DNA of 64,000 bases from an uncultured Bacillales bacterium (GCA_937896065.1 CALBLI010000049.1:449-64448); one strand, 5' to 3'; shown: positions 18,251 through 29,238, numbered from the stretch's first letter. The notes: generated from the sequence alone by a model not told the origin. Made by a program: numbers and translations.

Positions 18251-18907
18251 TTAATGATCGAAGGTTCCAAAGATACGATCGCCACAATCACCTAAACCTG
18301 GGCAAATATATGCTTTATCATTCAAACATCTATCTAATGCACCAATGTATAAAGGAACATCTGGATTACTCCTACAGAAAGCATCAACACCTTCAGGAGC
18401 AGCGATAATACAAATGAATGTGATGTTTTTAGCACCATGTTTTTTTAGCATACTAACAGCATCAATAGCTGAGCCACCTGTAGCAAGCATTGGGTCTAAT
18501 AGATAAACATCTCTTTCTTTTAAATTGCTAGGGAGTTTACAATAATATTCATGAGGAATATGTGTAACTTCATCTCTGTATAAGCCGATATGCCCTACTT
18601 TTGCTGAAGGAACTAATTCTAGAAGACCATCAACCATCCTTAATCCAGCTCTAAGTATTGGTACAAAGCATAATTTCTTACCAGACACCATTGGCTGTTT
18701 TGTTTTTTCAACAGGTGTTGTAACATCAACTAATTCAGTTGGTAAATTTGCTAAAGCCTCATAACCTTCCAAGATCGATATTTCTTTAACTAAATTTCTA
18801 AACTCATTGGTACCTGTGTTAACATCCCTTAATAAAGTTATTTTATGCTTAAGTAGAGGATGATTTAATACCTTCACATTTGGATAATTCTTGACATCAA
18901 ATTTCAT
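18251..18907 (-). CDS. upp: Uracil phosphoribosyltransferase
   Basis: PILRAGL, LLDPMLATGGS and YICPGLGDCGDRIFGT are canonical Upp motifs. Confidence 0.9.
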   Translation of the reverse strand: MKFDVKNYPNVKVLNHPLLKHKITLLRDVNTGTNEFRNLVKEISILEGYEALANLPTELVDVTTPVEKTKQPMVSGKKLCFVPILRAGLRMVDGLLELVPSAKVGHIGLYRDEVTHIPHEYYCKLPSNLKERDVYLLDPMLATGGSAIDAVSMLKKHGAKNITFICIIAAPEGVDAFCRSNPDVPLYIGALDRCLNDKAYICPGLGDCGDRIFGTFDH

Positions 18908-18921
18908 ATTTTTTCTCCTTT

Positions 18922-19635
18922 CTAATATATTTCATTATTTATTTGTTCTTTAACAAAATTTAAATATATTCCTCCATCGCTCAAATTATGACTTTCTTTG
19001 AGAACAAATTTGGAATTATTAAATATTCTATTTGTATCAAACATGCATTTTGAATTACTATTGCCTTCAATATACGGTGCAATAATTAATGATAAAGAAT
19101 CAATAGCATCAATATTTAAAAAAGCACCATTTGTAGTGGGGCCTGATATTAAAAGCATATCATCAATATGATATTCTTTTTTTATAATATCTAATGCTTC
19201 ACTGATATCATTTTTATAATCAACAAAGAAATATTCAATATCTTTGCTTTTTAAATATTCAACAAATCGTGGATCAACTTTATTTGATAAAATTTCAACA
19301 ACTTTGTAAGTATCACTCCCAAAAGTGATTTTATTATTATTTAAAAAAACCTTTCCTTTTCGATCTAAGCAAAAATAATATTTCAAATCTGGTTGATAGG
19401 ATATATTATTTTTTTTATCTAATTTATCAGTTTTGAATTCATCTAATGATATTGAATTATCGCCATATTTTATCATCGTTGTCCTTCTTCCAGCTATTAT
19501 TGATGAATGATATCTTTTAAGTTCATCATCATAGAAAAATCTCGAAGAAAGTGAACCGGTTTCATTTTTGAAATTGCCATCCACTTTTCCATCAATCGAT
19601 GTGTACAAAAACGTTCTAATTCGTGGTCTATCCAT
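18922..19635 (-). CDS. RibD C-terminal-domain / dihydrofolate-reductase-like family protein
   Basis: N-terminus IRTFLYTSIDGKV and GRRT resemble the RibD_C reductase fold. It lies 14 nt upstream of upp with an RBS between them. Confidence 0.5.
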   Translation of the reverse strand: MDRPRIRTFLYTSIDGKVDGNFKNETGSLSSRFFYDDELKRYHSSIIAGRRTTMIKYGDNSISLDEFKTDKLDKKNNISYQPDLKYYFCLDRKGKVFLNNNKITFGSDTYKVVEILSNKVDPRFVEYLKSKDIEYFFVDYKNDISEALDIIKKEYHIDDMLLISGPTTNGAFLNIDAIDSLSLIIAPYIEGNSNSKCMFDTNRIFNNSKFVLKESHNLSDGGIYLNFVKEQINNEIY

Positions 19636-19809
19636 ATCAGTTTTCTATCTATTATTATAAGCTATTTTAAACATTTTTTTAGCATTTTTATTCAAAATAA
19701 GTCAATTAGTTTGTTTTAATTTAAAATAGTTTAATTTTATCATTTGATAATCAACAATAAATAGAAGTTAACTGATAAATTGTTATATAATTAAAAGTCG
19801 GAGATAAAT

Positions 19810-20526
19810 ATGATTGAAATAAAAAAAGTTTCTAAATTTTTTAGTAAAAATAAAGTGATTAATGATTTATCATTAACTATCAATAACGGTGAAGTATTTG
19901 GGCTTCTTGGACCTAATGGTGCCGGTAAATCAACTACTTTAAAAATGATTGCTGGTATTTTAAAAATCGACGAAGGAAACATATTAGTTGATAATAATGA
20001 TATTTCCTCTAGACCAACTGAAGCTAAAGAAACCATAGGCTTTGTATTTGATAATCCTGATATGTTTTTAGGAATGAAAGGATTAGAGCTTTTAAAATTT
20101 ATTTCATCAATTTATAAAACTGATCAAAGTGAATCAATAAAAGAAGCAATGAATTTAGCAAATAGGCTCAAAATGACTGATGTTTTAAATAATTATATCA
20201 ACGAATATTCACATGGCATGAGGCAAAAAATATTTATCATCGCCTCTCTTATGCATAATCCTACAAACTGGATTTTAGATGAACCTTTAGTTGGTCTTGA
20301 TCCACAATCTGCTTTTCTTATTAAAAATCTTATGCGTGAAAAAGCAAAGGATAATAAATGCGTTTTATATTCAACTCATGTTTTAGATGTCGCTGAAAAA
20401 ATTTGTGATCGAGTTGGTATAATTTCTAAAGGGAATCTTCTTTACTCTGGAACTATAAATGATTTACGCAACTTAGAAAATAAAGATGCTGATTTAGAGT
20501 CCCTATTTTTGGAGCTTACTAAATGA
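19810..20526 (+). CDS. ABC transporter ATP-binding protein
   Basis: Walker A GPNGAGKST, signature YSHGMRQK (degenerate LSGG), Walker B WILDEP and H-loop STH. Confidence 0.85.
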   Translation: MIEIKKVSKFFSKNKVINDLSLTINNGEVFGLLGPNGAGKSTTLKMIAGILKIDEGNILVDNNDISSRPTEAKETIGFVFDNPDMFLGMKGLELLKFISSIYKTDQSESIKEAMNLANRLKMTDVLNNYINEYSHGMRQKIFIIASLMHNPTNWILDEPLVGLDPQSAFLIKNLMREKAKDNKCVLYSTHVLDVAEKICDRVGIISKGNLLYSGTINDLRNLENKDADLESLFLELTK

Positions 20527-22175
20527 AAAATTTTTCATCACTTGTAAAATTCATTTTGTATTCCGATATCAAAATAGGAAATACTAAAAATATACGAAAG
20601 AAAACGATTGCTGCTTTAATTTTATCATTTTTTGTATACTTATCTATTGGAATCATCTATTCTCTTTATATATATTCAGCTCTTATTATATTCAATAAAG
20701 AAAAATTTGATTATATAAATTCTAATTATTTAAATAATGTATTTGCAGTTACATCTTTATTATCTATATTTCTGATTGGTATCTTAGTTTATAATTATGG
20801 TATATATAATAAAACTGAAAATTTGCTTGTCTTTCCTTTATCAGGTAACAAATTATTTTTTTCTAAGATATTAGTTGGAATAATCTCAGTTGCTTCATTT
20901 ACTTTATTCCCAGTAATCATGAACACTTTTGTGCTTGCCGGGCTAAGTCAAGCAAGTAACATAAAATTACAAATTTATTCATATATTTCTTCTACTATAT
21001 TTTCAATGTCTAGTTTAGTTGCAATATTTGCACTCATTTCATTCATTCTAATTTTTATAGAAAGCAAGACTCATTTTTCAACAAATAAAATATTTTCTTC
21101 TGCATTTATGCTTATTTTAACTATTCTTGCAGGTCTAATTTTTATCTATTTTATTTATATATCATCTTATTCTGATTTAATTGAGGTGAATTCAAGCACA
21201 ATTGTTTCTAAATTAGATAAGTATAAATTTTTAGCACCAATGGGTTATTTAAATAAAGAAACAATTTTTCTTACTCAACCTTTTTCTTATGCAATCATGC
21301 CACTTTCTGTAGTTTTAGATGTCGCTTTGATTTTTTTATTAAACTTGTATACCAAAAAATCATATACTAAAACACTCACTTATAGAAACAAAGAATTAAA
21401 ATTATTTAAAAGTAAGAAAAATAAAGATAATCTGGATGTTGATATTAAAAGTGCTGTCAAAGAAAAGAAAAACATTTCTAAAGTTGAACTTATAAGAGAG
21501 TTAAAACTTTTTTTGCCTTCTTTTCTTTTTTCACTCATAACTTCAGGATTATCACTTATATCGCTTGTTTTAATTATTGTGTTTTCAACTTCAAGTTTTA
21601 TAGCTTCCCTTGATCCAGGCATCTTATATTTAATAGCGGGATACTTTTCAATCTCAGGTATTTATTTTCCACAAATAACTTTCAATTCATACAACTTAGA
21701 AGGCAATAATATCTTCATGCTGATGAGTTTTCCAACTAGAAAATTGAATATTTTTGTGAATAAATTTTTATCACTGATAATTTTATATTTACCTGTTTCA
21801 ATTATAAATCCTATTCTTGTATGTGCCTTATTTAAACTGAGTTATCAGTATTATTTAACTTATCTCTTCTTAGCAGTTTCTTTTCTTTTTGCATCAACTG
21901 CTTTAAATTATTTTTTAGGACTGATAAAACCAAATTTTAATATCACTAAAAATGATTTAATGTCTCAAAGACCAATGTTTATCTTAGCTGAGATTTTAAG
22001 TATGCTTCTTGCTGCTATTTATCTTATATTATCTATAGCTATGCTTTTTAATCCGCTCATGTATTATCTTATTCCGCTTACTAGTTCTTTTATTTACATA
22101 GGACTTGGTTTTTTATTTTTATATTATGCTAAAACGCATTATGATGAACTTATGAAAGGGAAGAAACAATTATGA
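20523..22175 (+). CDS. Polytopic membrane protein, putative ABC exporter permease partner
   Basis: 550 aa with about 12 hydrophobic helices in two halves joined by a K-rich loop. Its start overlaps the ATPase stop (ATGA). Confidence 0.55.
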   Translation: MKNFSSLVKFILYSDIKIGNTKNIRKKTIAALILSFFVYLSIGIIYSLYIYSALIIFNKEKFDYINSNYLNNVFAVTSLLSIFLIGILVYNYGIYNKTENLLVFPLSGNKLFFSKILVGIISVASFTLFPVIMNTFVLAGLSQASNIKLQIYSYISSTIFSMSSLVAIFALISFILIFIESKTHFSTNKIFSSAFMLILTILAGLIFIYFIYISSYSDLIEVNSSTIVSKLDKYKFLAPMGYLNKETIFLTQPFSYAIMPLSVVLDVALIFLLNLYTKKSYTKTLTYRNKELKLFKSKKNKDNLDVDIKSAVKEKKNISKVELIRELKLFLPSFLFSLITSGLSLISLVLIIVFSTSSFIASLDPGILYLIAGYFSISGIYFPQITFNSYNLEGNNIFMLMSFPTRKLNIFVNKFLSLIILYLPVSIINPILVCALFKLSYQYYLTYLFLAVSFLFASTALNYFLGLIKPNFNITKNDLMSQRPMFILAEILSMLLAAIYLILSIAMLFNPLMYYLIPLTSSFIYIGLGFLFLYYAKTHYDELMKGKKQL

Positions 22176-23353
22176 ACAAAATCATTGAAAATATCAAAAC
22201 TTATTTAACTGAGAATGATGTTGATGCTTACATCATTCCTTCTTATGAAAATAACAATGAGCTCACTTTGAAAATATTAGGTAGAAAGATGCTCACTAGA
22301 AAACTCTTTTTAATAATACCTAAAGAAGAAAAACCATATCTTATCACTCATAGTATTGATAAACTTTTTTTACAAGATCAAAGTGACTTTAATTTAAAAG
22401 TGTATAACACTTACAAAGAGATGTTAGATTTAGAAAAGCAATCATTTAAGCACTATAAAACTATTATCATGGATATTTCTGAAAATGGTCTTCTTCCTAA
22501 AGTGTCTCTTGCTGATTATGGCACAGTCAAATTCATTGCTGATTTAAATATCAATATTAAATCATCAGCTGATTTGCTTGTTTACAATAATTGTCGATTG
22601 AATAAGACTAACTACAAATTGATGCAAGAAGCTTGTAAGCTCAATTTGATGATCAAAGATGAAGCCTTTAAGAAGATAAAAGAAGATATTTTAACTATAG
22701 GTTATTCAGATGAATATAGGATTCAGCAATTTATCGTCAAAAGATATCAAGAAAATAATATGTTTTTTGATGAGGCACCAATTGTCAGTGTCAATTTAAA
22801 TGCATCCAATCCTCATTATGGGCCAAGTAAAAACAAGCATTTGAGAATAAATAGAGGTGATGTTGTTTTAATTGATATGTGGGCTAAATTAAATGATGAA
22901 AGTGCAATTTATTCTGACATAACTTGGATGGGTGAAGTGAGTGAAACTATTTCAAGTAAAGTAAGTGAGAGATTTTTAATATTAAGGCATGCTGTTGATA
23001 AAGCTGTTGTATTTTTAAAAAGTGAACTTAAAAAAAGAAGAGTTGAAGGATATGAAGTTGACCGTTTGATAAGAGATGAAATAAATAAAACCATTTATGG
23101 GTCTTATTTTACTCATCGCACTGGTCATAGCATCTTCAATGATTTATCACCTCATGGTCAAGGAACTAACATCGATGATTATGAATCAAAAGACACAAGA
23201 GCAATCATTAAAAACATCGCTTTCTCACTAGAACCCGGAATTTATTATAAAGATTTTGGCATGAGACTTGAAACTGATGTTTATATCGATGATAATTTTG
23301 AACCTGTTTTAGTAGGCGGTCATCAAGATGAAGTGATTGCTATTTTAAAATGA
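22172..23353 (+). CDS. M24-family Xaa-Pro aminopeptidase-like metallopeptidase
   Basis: Pita-bread fold motifs DMWA, HRTGHSI, LEPGIY and ETDV. The start overlaps the permease stop (ATGA). Confidence 0.7.
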   Translation: MNKIIENIKTYLTENDVDAYIIPSYENNNELTLKILGRKMLTRKLFLIIPKEEKPYLITHSIDKLFLQDQSDFNLKVYNTYKEMLDLEKQSFKHYKTIIMDISENGLLPKVSLADYGTVKFIADLNINIKSSADLLVYNNCRLNKTNYKLMQEACKLNLMIKDEAFKKIKEDILTIGYSDEYRIQQFIVKRYQENNMFFDEAPIVSVNLNASNPHYGPSKNKHLRINRGDVVLIDMWAKLNDESAIYSDITWMGEVSETISSKVSERFLILRHAVDKAVVFLKSELKKRRVEGYEVDRLIRDEINKTIYGSYFTHRTGHSIFNDLSPHGQGTNIDDYESKDTRAIIKNIAFSLEPGIYYKDFGMRLETDVYIDDNFEPVLVGGHQDEVIAILK

Positions 23354-23417
23354 TTTTAAAATTTATAAAAAGTAATTATAATATTCATTGCGTTTAGCTT
23401 TATGAAAGGTCATATAT

Positions 23418-24038
23418 ATGAGTTCTCACCCATTTAAACACTTTTTATTAGTTATAAAACATCGACATCAAGTCATCAGAAATGGTTTCCATTTAGGTAT
23501 CTTTTTTCATTGCTTTAGGCATGATTTATCTAAGTTTTCACCTGCTGAATTTTTTACATCTAGTAAATATTATAAAGGCAATGGTTCACCAGTTTATTAT
23601 GAACGACTTCATAATAATTATTATTCAAAAGTTTGCCAACACCATACCAAAAGAAATAAGCATCACTGGGAATATTACACCGATTTTTTAGCTGGAAGAA
23701 TCATCTGTATCAATATGCCTTATGTCTATTCACTTGAATATGTAGCTGATGTATTATCAGCTAGTAAAACTTATAATAAAAAAGATTTTAAATCTGAATC
23801 TGCATTAAATTACTTTAATGATGTTAAAAAGCATTATTATATGACTGATGGCACTGAAGAATTTTTAACTGAGTGCTTTAGAAGGTATAAAGATAGCGGC
23901 TTTAAAAATTTAAAGAAAAAAGATACTAAAAAATTATATAAGAGTATCATGAGCAAGTATCCTGATACTAAAATATTTGATACTATTAAAATAGATAGAC
24001 CTTTACCACCACTTGCAAATGATGAAAAGAAAAAATAA
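23418..24038 (+). CDS. Hypothetical protein with His-rich HD-like N-terminal region (DUF5662-like by recollection)
   Basis: 206-aa ORF containing KHRHQV, FRHDLSKF and HH..RNKHHWEY. The family assignment is from memory only. Confidence 0.4.
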   Translation: MSSHPFKHFLLVIKHRHQVIRNGFHLGIFFHCFRHDLSKFSPAEFFTSSKYYKGNGSPVYYERLHNNYYSKVCQHHTKRNKHHWEYYTDFLAGRIICINMPYVYSLEYVADVLSASKTYNKKDFKSESALNYFNDVKKHYYMTDGTEEFLTECFRRYKDSGFKNLKKKDTKKLYKSIMSKYPDTKIFDTIKIDRPLPPLANDEKKK

Positions 24039-24666
24039 TATTGATATTATTTATGAAGATAATAATATTATTGCCGTAAATAAACCGAATAATCTTTTAA
24101 CTATCGCAACTGAAAAAGAAAATATCAAAACTTTATATCATTATGTTAGAGTTTATTTAAATAATAAAAATGAAAAAGTTTTTATAGTTCATAGACTTGA
24201 TAAAGATACTTCAGGTATTGTTCTTTTTGCTAAAAACATCAAATTTAAAACTCTGCTTCAAAAAGAATTTGAAAATAAAAATGTAATTAGAAAATATGAA
24301 GCTGTTGTTAAAGAAACAGTTGATTCTAAATTTAATAAAGTCATAAAACAATTCATTTTCTATAATAAAGCTTGTGGTTTATCTTTTGTAACATCAAATA
24401 AAAAAATAGGTAAAGAGGCAATAACCAAAATAAAATTTAACTCTTATAATAATGATAAATCAACTAATCTTGATATTGAGATTGAAACTGGTAGACAAAA
24501 TCAGATAAGAGTGGCTTTAAAGTCACTGAAATTAACTCTTGTAGGTGATAAAAAATATGCTTCTGATAATAGTAAATACATGCATCTTAATGCTTATTAT
24601 CTAAAAATAAATAATCCTCTCTTAAAAAATAATGAATTTAAAGTTAAACCTTTATTTTTAAAATAA
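24019..24666 (+). CDS. RluA-family pseudouridine synthase
   Basis: Catalytic motif HRLDKDTSGIVLFAK and C-terminal GRQNQIRV. The track ORF starts at TTG 24013; ATG 24019 is more likely and overlaps the upstream gene. Confidence 0.75.
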   Translation: MMKRKNNIDIIYEDNNIIAVNKPNNLLTIATEKENIKTLYHYVRVYLNNKNEKVFIVHRLDKDTSGIVLFAKNIKFKTLLQKEFENKNVIRKYEAVVKETVDSKFNKVIKQFIFYNKACGLSFVTSNKKIGKEAITKIKFNSYNNDKSTNLDIEIETGRQNQIRVALKSLKLTLVGDKKYASDNSKYMHLNAYYLKINNPLLKNNEFKVKPLFLK

Positions 24667-24730
24667 TCAAATGATTAAACTATTGTTATATTGAATTAAA
24701 TGGAATATCTTATATTTGTAGGAGTTTGCT

Positions 24731-26005
24731 ATGGTAATAACTTTTGTTGTTGATATGATAGGAGCAAAAAATAATGGTACAACAGTAACAGCAATGCGTA
24801 CTGCTAAAACACTTAAAGAACTCGGTCATGAAGTTAGATTTATATGTATCGTTAAAGGAAAAAATGATGAACTTACAAAACAATATAAAATTTATAATGC
24901 TTTGAAAGTTAACTTTTTTATATTCAATTCATTAGTCGATTCTAATGGTATGTACATTGGAAAACTTGAAAAGAAAGATTATCCGATGATTAGGAATTTT
25001 ATCAAAGGAAGTGATGTTGTCCATCTTTTGATGCCTTTTAAACTTGAAAGACAAGTAAGACCAATTGCTAAAGCAATGAATATACCTGTAACTTGTGCCA
25101 TGCATGTTCAACCTGAAAATGTCTCTTATAATCTAGGCATGGGTAAAATCGGATTTATCAATTCATGGATATATCGAATGTTTTATAATTGGATGTATAA
25201 ATATGTGGAATATGTTCATACTCCATCTATGATGATGAAAGATCAAATGATCAAGCATCATTATAAAAATAAAATATATGCTATTTCTAATGGAGTATCT
25301 TCATTTTTTAAACCAATGGAAGTTAAAAAACCTGATGAACTTACTGATAAATTTGTTATCTTGATGATAGGCAGACTATCATCTGAAAAAAGGCAAGATC
25401 TCATCATCAAAGCAGTCAGTAATTCCAAATATGAAAAGAACATGCAGATTATCTTATGCGGAAATGGTCCAATGAAGAAAAAATATCAAAAACTTGCTAA
25501 AGATTTGACTAATCCAATCAGATTTGAATTCTGTAATCAAGAAGACTTAAGAAATATCATCAATTATTCTGATTTATATATTCATGCAAGTGATGCTGAA
25601 AGTGAAGCTATATCATGTATTGAAGCTTTTTCATGCGGGAAAGTACCAATCATCTCAGATTCAAAAGTATCAGCAACTAATCACTTTGCTTTAGATAAAA
25701 AATGTTTATTTAAAAAAGGAAACTACAAATCTTTGCAAGAACGCATTGAATATTTTTATGAAAATAGAGATGAACTGAATAGACTTGCTCCTTTATATAT
25801 TGAATATGGCAAAACTTTCTCATTAGAAAGCTGTGTAAAGCAGCTTGAAGGTATGTTTATCGACGCTATAAATACTCATAAAGAAGATGTTAAAAATGAT
25901 GTGTCCTTCTATTATTCAAAAGGCGAAAGAAATCGATTGTTTTTAGCAAGCAAAGAAGCACATATTGAAAGCCCTTTGATAATAAAAAATAAGAAAAAAC
26001 CATAA
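24731..26005 (+). CDS. Family 4 (GT-B) glycosyltransferase, glycolipid-synthase-like
   Basis: N-terminal NGTTV...L..LGHEV and a C-terminal EX7E-type region (SEAISCIEAFSCGKVPI). Confidence 0.7.
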   Translation: MVITFVVDMIGAKNNGTTVTAMRTAKTLKELGHEVRFICIVKGKNDELTKQYKIYNALKVNFFIFNSLVDSNGMYIGKLEKKDYPMIRNFIKGSDVVHLLMPFKLERQVRPIAKAMNIPVTCAMHVQPENVSYNLGMGKIGFINSWIYRMFYNWMYKYVEYVHTPSMMMKDQMIKHHYKNKIYAISNGVSSFFKPMEVKKPDELTDKFVILMIGRLSSEKRQDLIIKAVSNSKYEKNMQIILCGNGPMKKKYQKLAKDLTNPIRFEFCNQEDLRNIINYSDLYIHASDAESEAISCIEAFSCGKVPIISDSKVSATNHFALDKKCLFKKGNYKSLQERIEYFYENRDELNRLAPLYIEYGKTFSLESCVKQLEGMFIDAINTHKEDVKNDVSFYYSKGERNRLFLASKEAHIESPLIIKNKKKP

Positions 26006-26066
26006 TTTTTTATTTATTATCAAAATAAAGTTTTTATAATAATTAATGTTTTAGGAGGCTTTATTT

Positions 26067-27071
26067 ATGATATTAGAAGTTAAAAATTATAGTAGCAAAC
26101 TTAATAACAAAGAAACTCAAGAAGCTATTAAATTTACTAAAGACACTTTTCAAAAACAACTCGCTAAAAATTTAAATTTAGAAAGAGTATCTGCTCCTCT
26201 TTTTGTAAGGAAAGATACTGGTTTAAATGATGATTTAAATGGTGTAGAAAGAAAGGTATCATTTAATATCAAAGCAATACCTTCTTTAGAGCTTGAAGTA
26301 GTTCAATCACTTGCAAAATGGAAAAGATATGCTTTAAATGAATATGGTTTTTTAAATCATGAAGGTTTATATGCGGATATGAACGCTATAAGACGTGATG
26401 AAGATTTAGATAATCTTCATTCAGTTTATGTTGATCAATGGGACTGGGAAAAAATTATTTTAAAAGAAGAACGAAATCTAGATTTCTTATTTAACGAAGT
26501 AAAAAAAATATTCTCAGCTTTAAAATATGAAGAAGATGAAATCAATAAAAAATATCCTTGTTTTAGTAAAAAACTTCCTGATGATATCTTCTTTATATCA
26601 ACAAGTGAACTTGAAAAACTCTATCCCAATCTAACAAGAAAAGAAAGAGAAAATAAAATTGCTAAAGAAAAGAAAGCTGTTTTTTTATATCAAATAGGTT
26701 GGCCACTTACAGATAATAAACCTCATGATGGAAGAGCAGCTGATTATGATGATTACAATCTAAATGGCGATATCATCTTATACAATAGAATTTTAGATAT
26801 TGCTTTTGAAGTATCATCAATGGGAATCAGAGTCGATGAGAACTCACTTGTCAAACAGCTAGAATATAAAAATGAGCTCTTTAAATTAGAATCACCATTT
26901 TCAAAAGCTATCTTAAATAAGTCTTTACCATACACTATTGGTGGAGGTATTGGCCAATCAAGACTCTGTATGTTCTTTTTGGAAAAAGCTCATATTGGTG
27001 AAATTCAATCATCAATATGGAGTGATGAAGATATTACTGCTTTAAAGAAATTAAATATCTTCTTATTATAA
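26067..27071 (+). CDS. asnA: Aspartate--ammonia ligase (asparagine synthetase A)
   Basis: 334 aa with AsnA hallmarks SAPLFV, DLDNLHSVYVDQWDWEK and GGGIGQSRLCMF. RBS aggagg lies upstream. Confidence 0.85.
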   Translation: MILEVKNYSSKLNNKETQEAIKFTKDTFQKQLAKNLNLERVSAPLFVRKDTGLNDDLNGVERKVSFNIKAIPSLELEVVQSLAKWKRYALNEYGFLNHEGLYADMNAIRRDEDLDNLHSVYVDQWDWEKIILKEERNLDFLFNEVKKIFSALKYEEDEINKKYPCFSKKLPDDIFFISTSELEKLYPNLTRKERENKIAKEKKAVFLYQIGWPLTDNKPHDGRAADYDDYNLNGDIILYNRILDIAFEVSSMGIRVDENSLVKQLEYKNELFKLESPFSKAILNKSLPYTIGGGIGQSRLCMFFLEKAHIGEIQSSIWSDEDITALKKLNIFLL

Positions 27072-27078
27072 TTTTATT

Positions 27079-28305
27079 TTAAAAAGCCCAGTTACCATCC
27101 TTAAAGATGACAACTTCTTTATTATCTTTAGTTGTTCCAACAACCGATAAAGTTTCATCACCAATCATAAAATCAACATGTGAAAATGACTCGTTGATTC
27201 CAAATTTGTGAATCTCTTCATCACTATATTTTTCATAGTCAGGATATAAATTTGTAAAACCTTTACCGAGTGCTAGATGGCAAGCAGCATTTTCGTCAAA
27301 TAAAGTGTTATAAAATAAAATACCAGTCTGATTGATAGGTGAATTATAAGGAACAAAAGCACATTCACCTAAATAACTTGAACCTTCATCTAAAGACAAA
27401 ATAGATTCTAATACTTCTTTTCCTTTTTTAGCTTTAACTTCAACTGCTTTTCCTTTCTCAAATTTGATTGAAAAATCTTCAATCATTTGTCCATTGTACA
27501 CAAGCGGTTTACTAGCATAAACTATTCCTTCAGCTTCACCTTTTTTAGGAGAGGTAAAACATTCTTCGGTAGGTATATTTGGTTGAAATTCATGACCAAA
27601 TAAATCTTTTTCACTACCTGCTAAAAACTTGACACCTTCAATAAGCCCGATAGTTAAATCAGTTCCTTTTTTACTTGTATAATGAAGTTTTACTAGATTT
27701 AAACTATTTAAATATTCATATCTTTTTTGCAAATCTGTTTGATGTTTTTTCCAGTTTTCAACTGAATCATTTTCACTGACTCTTGACGCAAATAAAATCT
27801 TTTCAAATAATTTTTCAACTGCTTCATTCTCATTTAAAGTGGGAAATACTTTTTTAGCCCACTTTTTAGTAGGTACACCAACTATTGTCCATTGATATTT
27901 ATTATTACATTGATCAATATATTTCTTTAAAATTTTCATTTTATTTTGCCTGACTTTAGCATATTTATTTGGATCAATATCATTTAATCCATCAGGATCG
28001 TCTCCATCTAACCAAATAAAGCAAGGATTATTATCTGCCTTAAATTGCTGAATGCTCTCTTCAATAGGTGTGACAATTGATAAATTTTCTAAAGTTGAAT
28101 ATTTTTGCTCAACAACCATTTGCTTTTGAGAATAATAACTAAAAATTACCCTTTTCGCACCTTTTAAATAGCAATGTTTAGCCACTATAGTAGCAAAATC
28201 TTCTAGCTCAGGTAAAAGTTGAATAAAAACGTACTGATCTTTTTGTAAATTGATACCTACTTCTACAATAAGCTTTGCATATTCTTCAATTAATTTGTTG
28301 TTCAT
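27079..28305 (-). CDS. M29-family aminopeptidase (AmpS/PepS-type)
   Basis: 408 aa with YAKLIVEVGINLQKDQ, EECFTSP, NTLFDENAACHLALG and HVDFMIG. Confidence 0.8.
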   Translation of the reverse strand: MNNKLIEEYAKLIVEVGINLQKDQYVFIQLLPELEDFATIVAKHCYLKGAKRVIFSYYSQKQMVVEQKYSTLENLSIVTPIEESIQQFKADNNPCFIWLDGDDPDGLNDIDPNKYAKVRQNKMKILKKYIDQCNNKYQWTIVGVPTKKWAKKVFPTLNENEAVEKLFEKILFASRVSENDSVENWKKHQTDLQKRYEYLNSLNLVKLHYTSKKGTDLTIGLIEGVKFLAGSEKDLFGHEFQPNIPTEECFTSPKKGEAEGIVYASKPLVYNGQMIEDFSIKFEKGKAVEVKAKKGKEVLESILSLDEGSSYLGECAFVPYNSPINQTGILFYNTLFDENAACHLALGKGFTNLYPDYEKYSDEEIHKFGINESFSHVDFMIGDETLSVVGTTKDNKEVVIFKDGNWAF

Positions 28306-28308
28306 ATA

Positions 28309-29133
28309 TTACTCCTTTATTAAATATTTTTCTTTTAACAACTCTTGTTTATTTTTATCAAAATGTAACTCATTAGTTATAAAATTATTGATTGAATTAT
28401 ATCTTAACTCAATCTCTTTTATACCAGCTTCTAACCAGTTTTTTAACACCCCCGCCATAATATCAGATGAATGGAGAAGTATCTCATTATTTATTCCACC
28501 ATCAATGAGCATTTTCCTCCTTTTGATTGCTTTTTCTTTGACATTTTCATTGGTTAGTAAATAATCATAAAAAATAGTATCTAAATCATAATCTAAAATT
28601 GATAATATGAGCATGGTAGCTATTCCAGTTCTATCTTTACCATCTGAACAATGGTAAATTAGTAAACCATCATTATTTAAAACCAAGTCTAAAAATTTTG
28701 AAAAATTAGTAAGAGCAATAGGTGTTGTTACAAATTCTTTATACATCTTTTCAGTAGCATATGTTACATCGCCTTTTTCATCTAAATAATAGAAGAAATT
28801 TATCATTCCATCTAAGTCTTTATTGTTGCAGTGATCTTTGTGTGGTCTTGTGCCTCTATTTCTGATACCTTCATTAACTGGTAAATAATAATGTTTAATA
28901 TCATCATTTATAGGATCTAGAGCGTTTCCATTCAGCTCATCTTTCCCTCTAAAATCAATAATCGTTTTTAAATTTTTCTCCTTTTCCAATCTTTCTAAAT
29001 CACTTAAAGAGATTCGGCATAGGGCATCACTTCGATATAATTTATCTTTTTTTATCGTATATCCGTTTTTGTTTTTGAGTCCATGCAAATCTCTTGCATT
29101 GATTAATGAGCCTATTTTTATCTTTCTATCCAT
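28309..29133 (-). CDS. Protein-tyrosine phosphatase-like protein (CX5R)
   Basis: Active-site loop HCSDGKDRTG and the N-terminal NARDLGG-like segment INARDLHG. Confidence 0.7.
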   Translation of the reverse strand: MDRKIKIGSLINARDLHGLKNKNGYTIKKDKLYRSDALCRISLSDLERLEKEKNLKTIIDFRGKDELNGNALDPINDDIKHYYLPVNEGIRNRGTRPHKDHCNNKDLDGMINFFYYLDEKGDVTYATEKMYKEFVTTPIALTNFSKFLDLVLNNDGLLIYHCSDGKDRTGIATMLILSILDYDLDTIFYDYLLTNENVKEKAIKRRKMLIDGGINNEILLHSSDIMAGVLKNWLEAGIKEIELRYNSINNFITNELHFDKNKQELLKEKYLIKE

Positions 29134-29238
29134 ATATTTACCTCAAAATATCAATTAACTTTATCAAATATTATGATGATAGTAAACTTTTTATTACACA
29201 TTACACATATAAAATAATGTTTAAAATGAAAGCAAATT

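Noticed and set aside
19791-20036. 81-aa minus-strand ORF overlapping the 5' end of the ABC ATPase gene.
   Set aside because: It is the antisense frame of the Walker-A region of a clearly real gene, which is a typical artefact.
28250-28564. 104-aa plus-strand ORF spanning the junction between the aminopeptidase and phosphatase genes.
   Set aside because: It lies antisense to two well-supported minus-strand genes and has a low-complexity hydrophobic composition.
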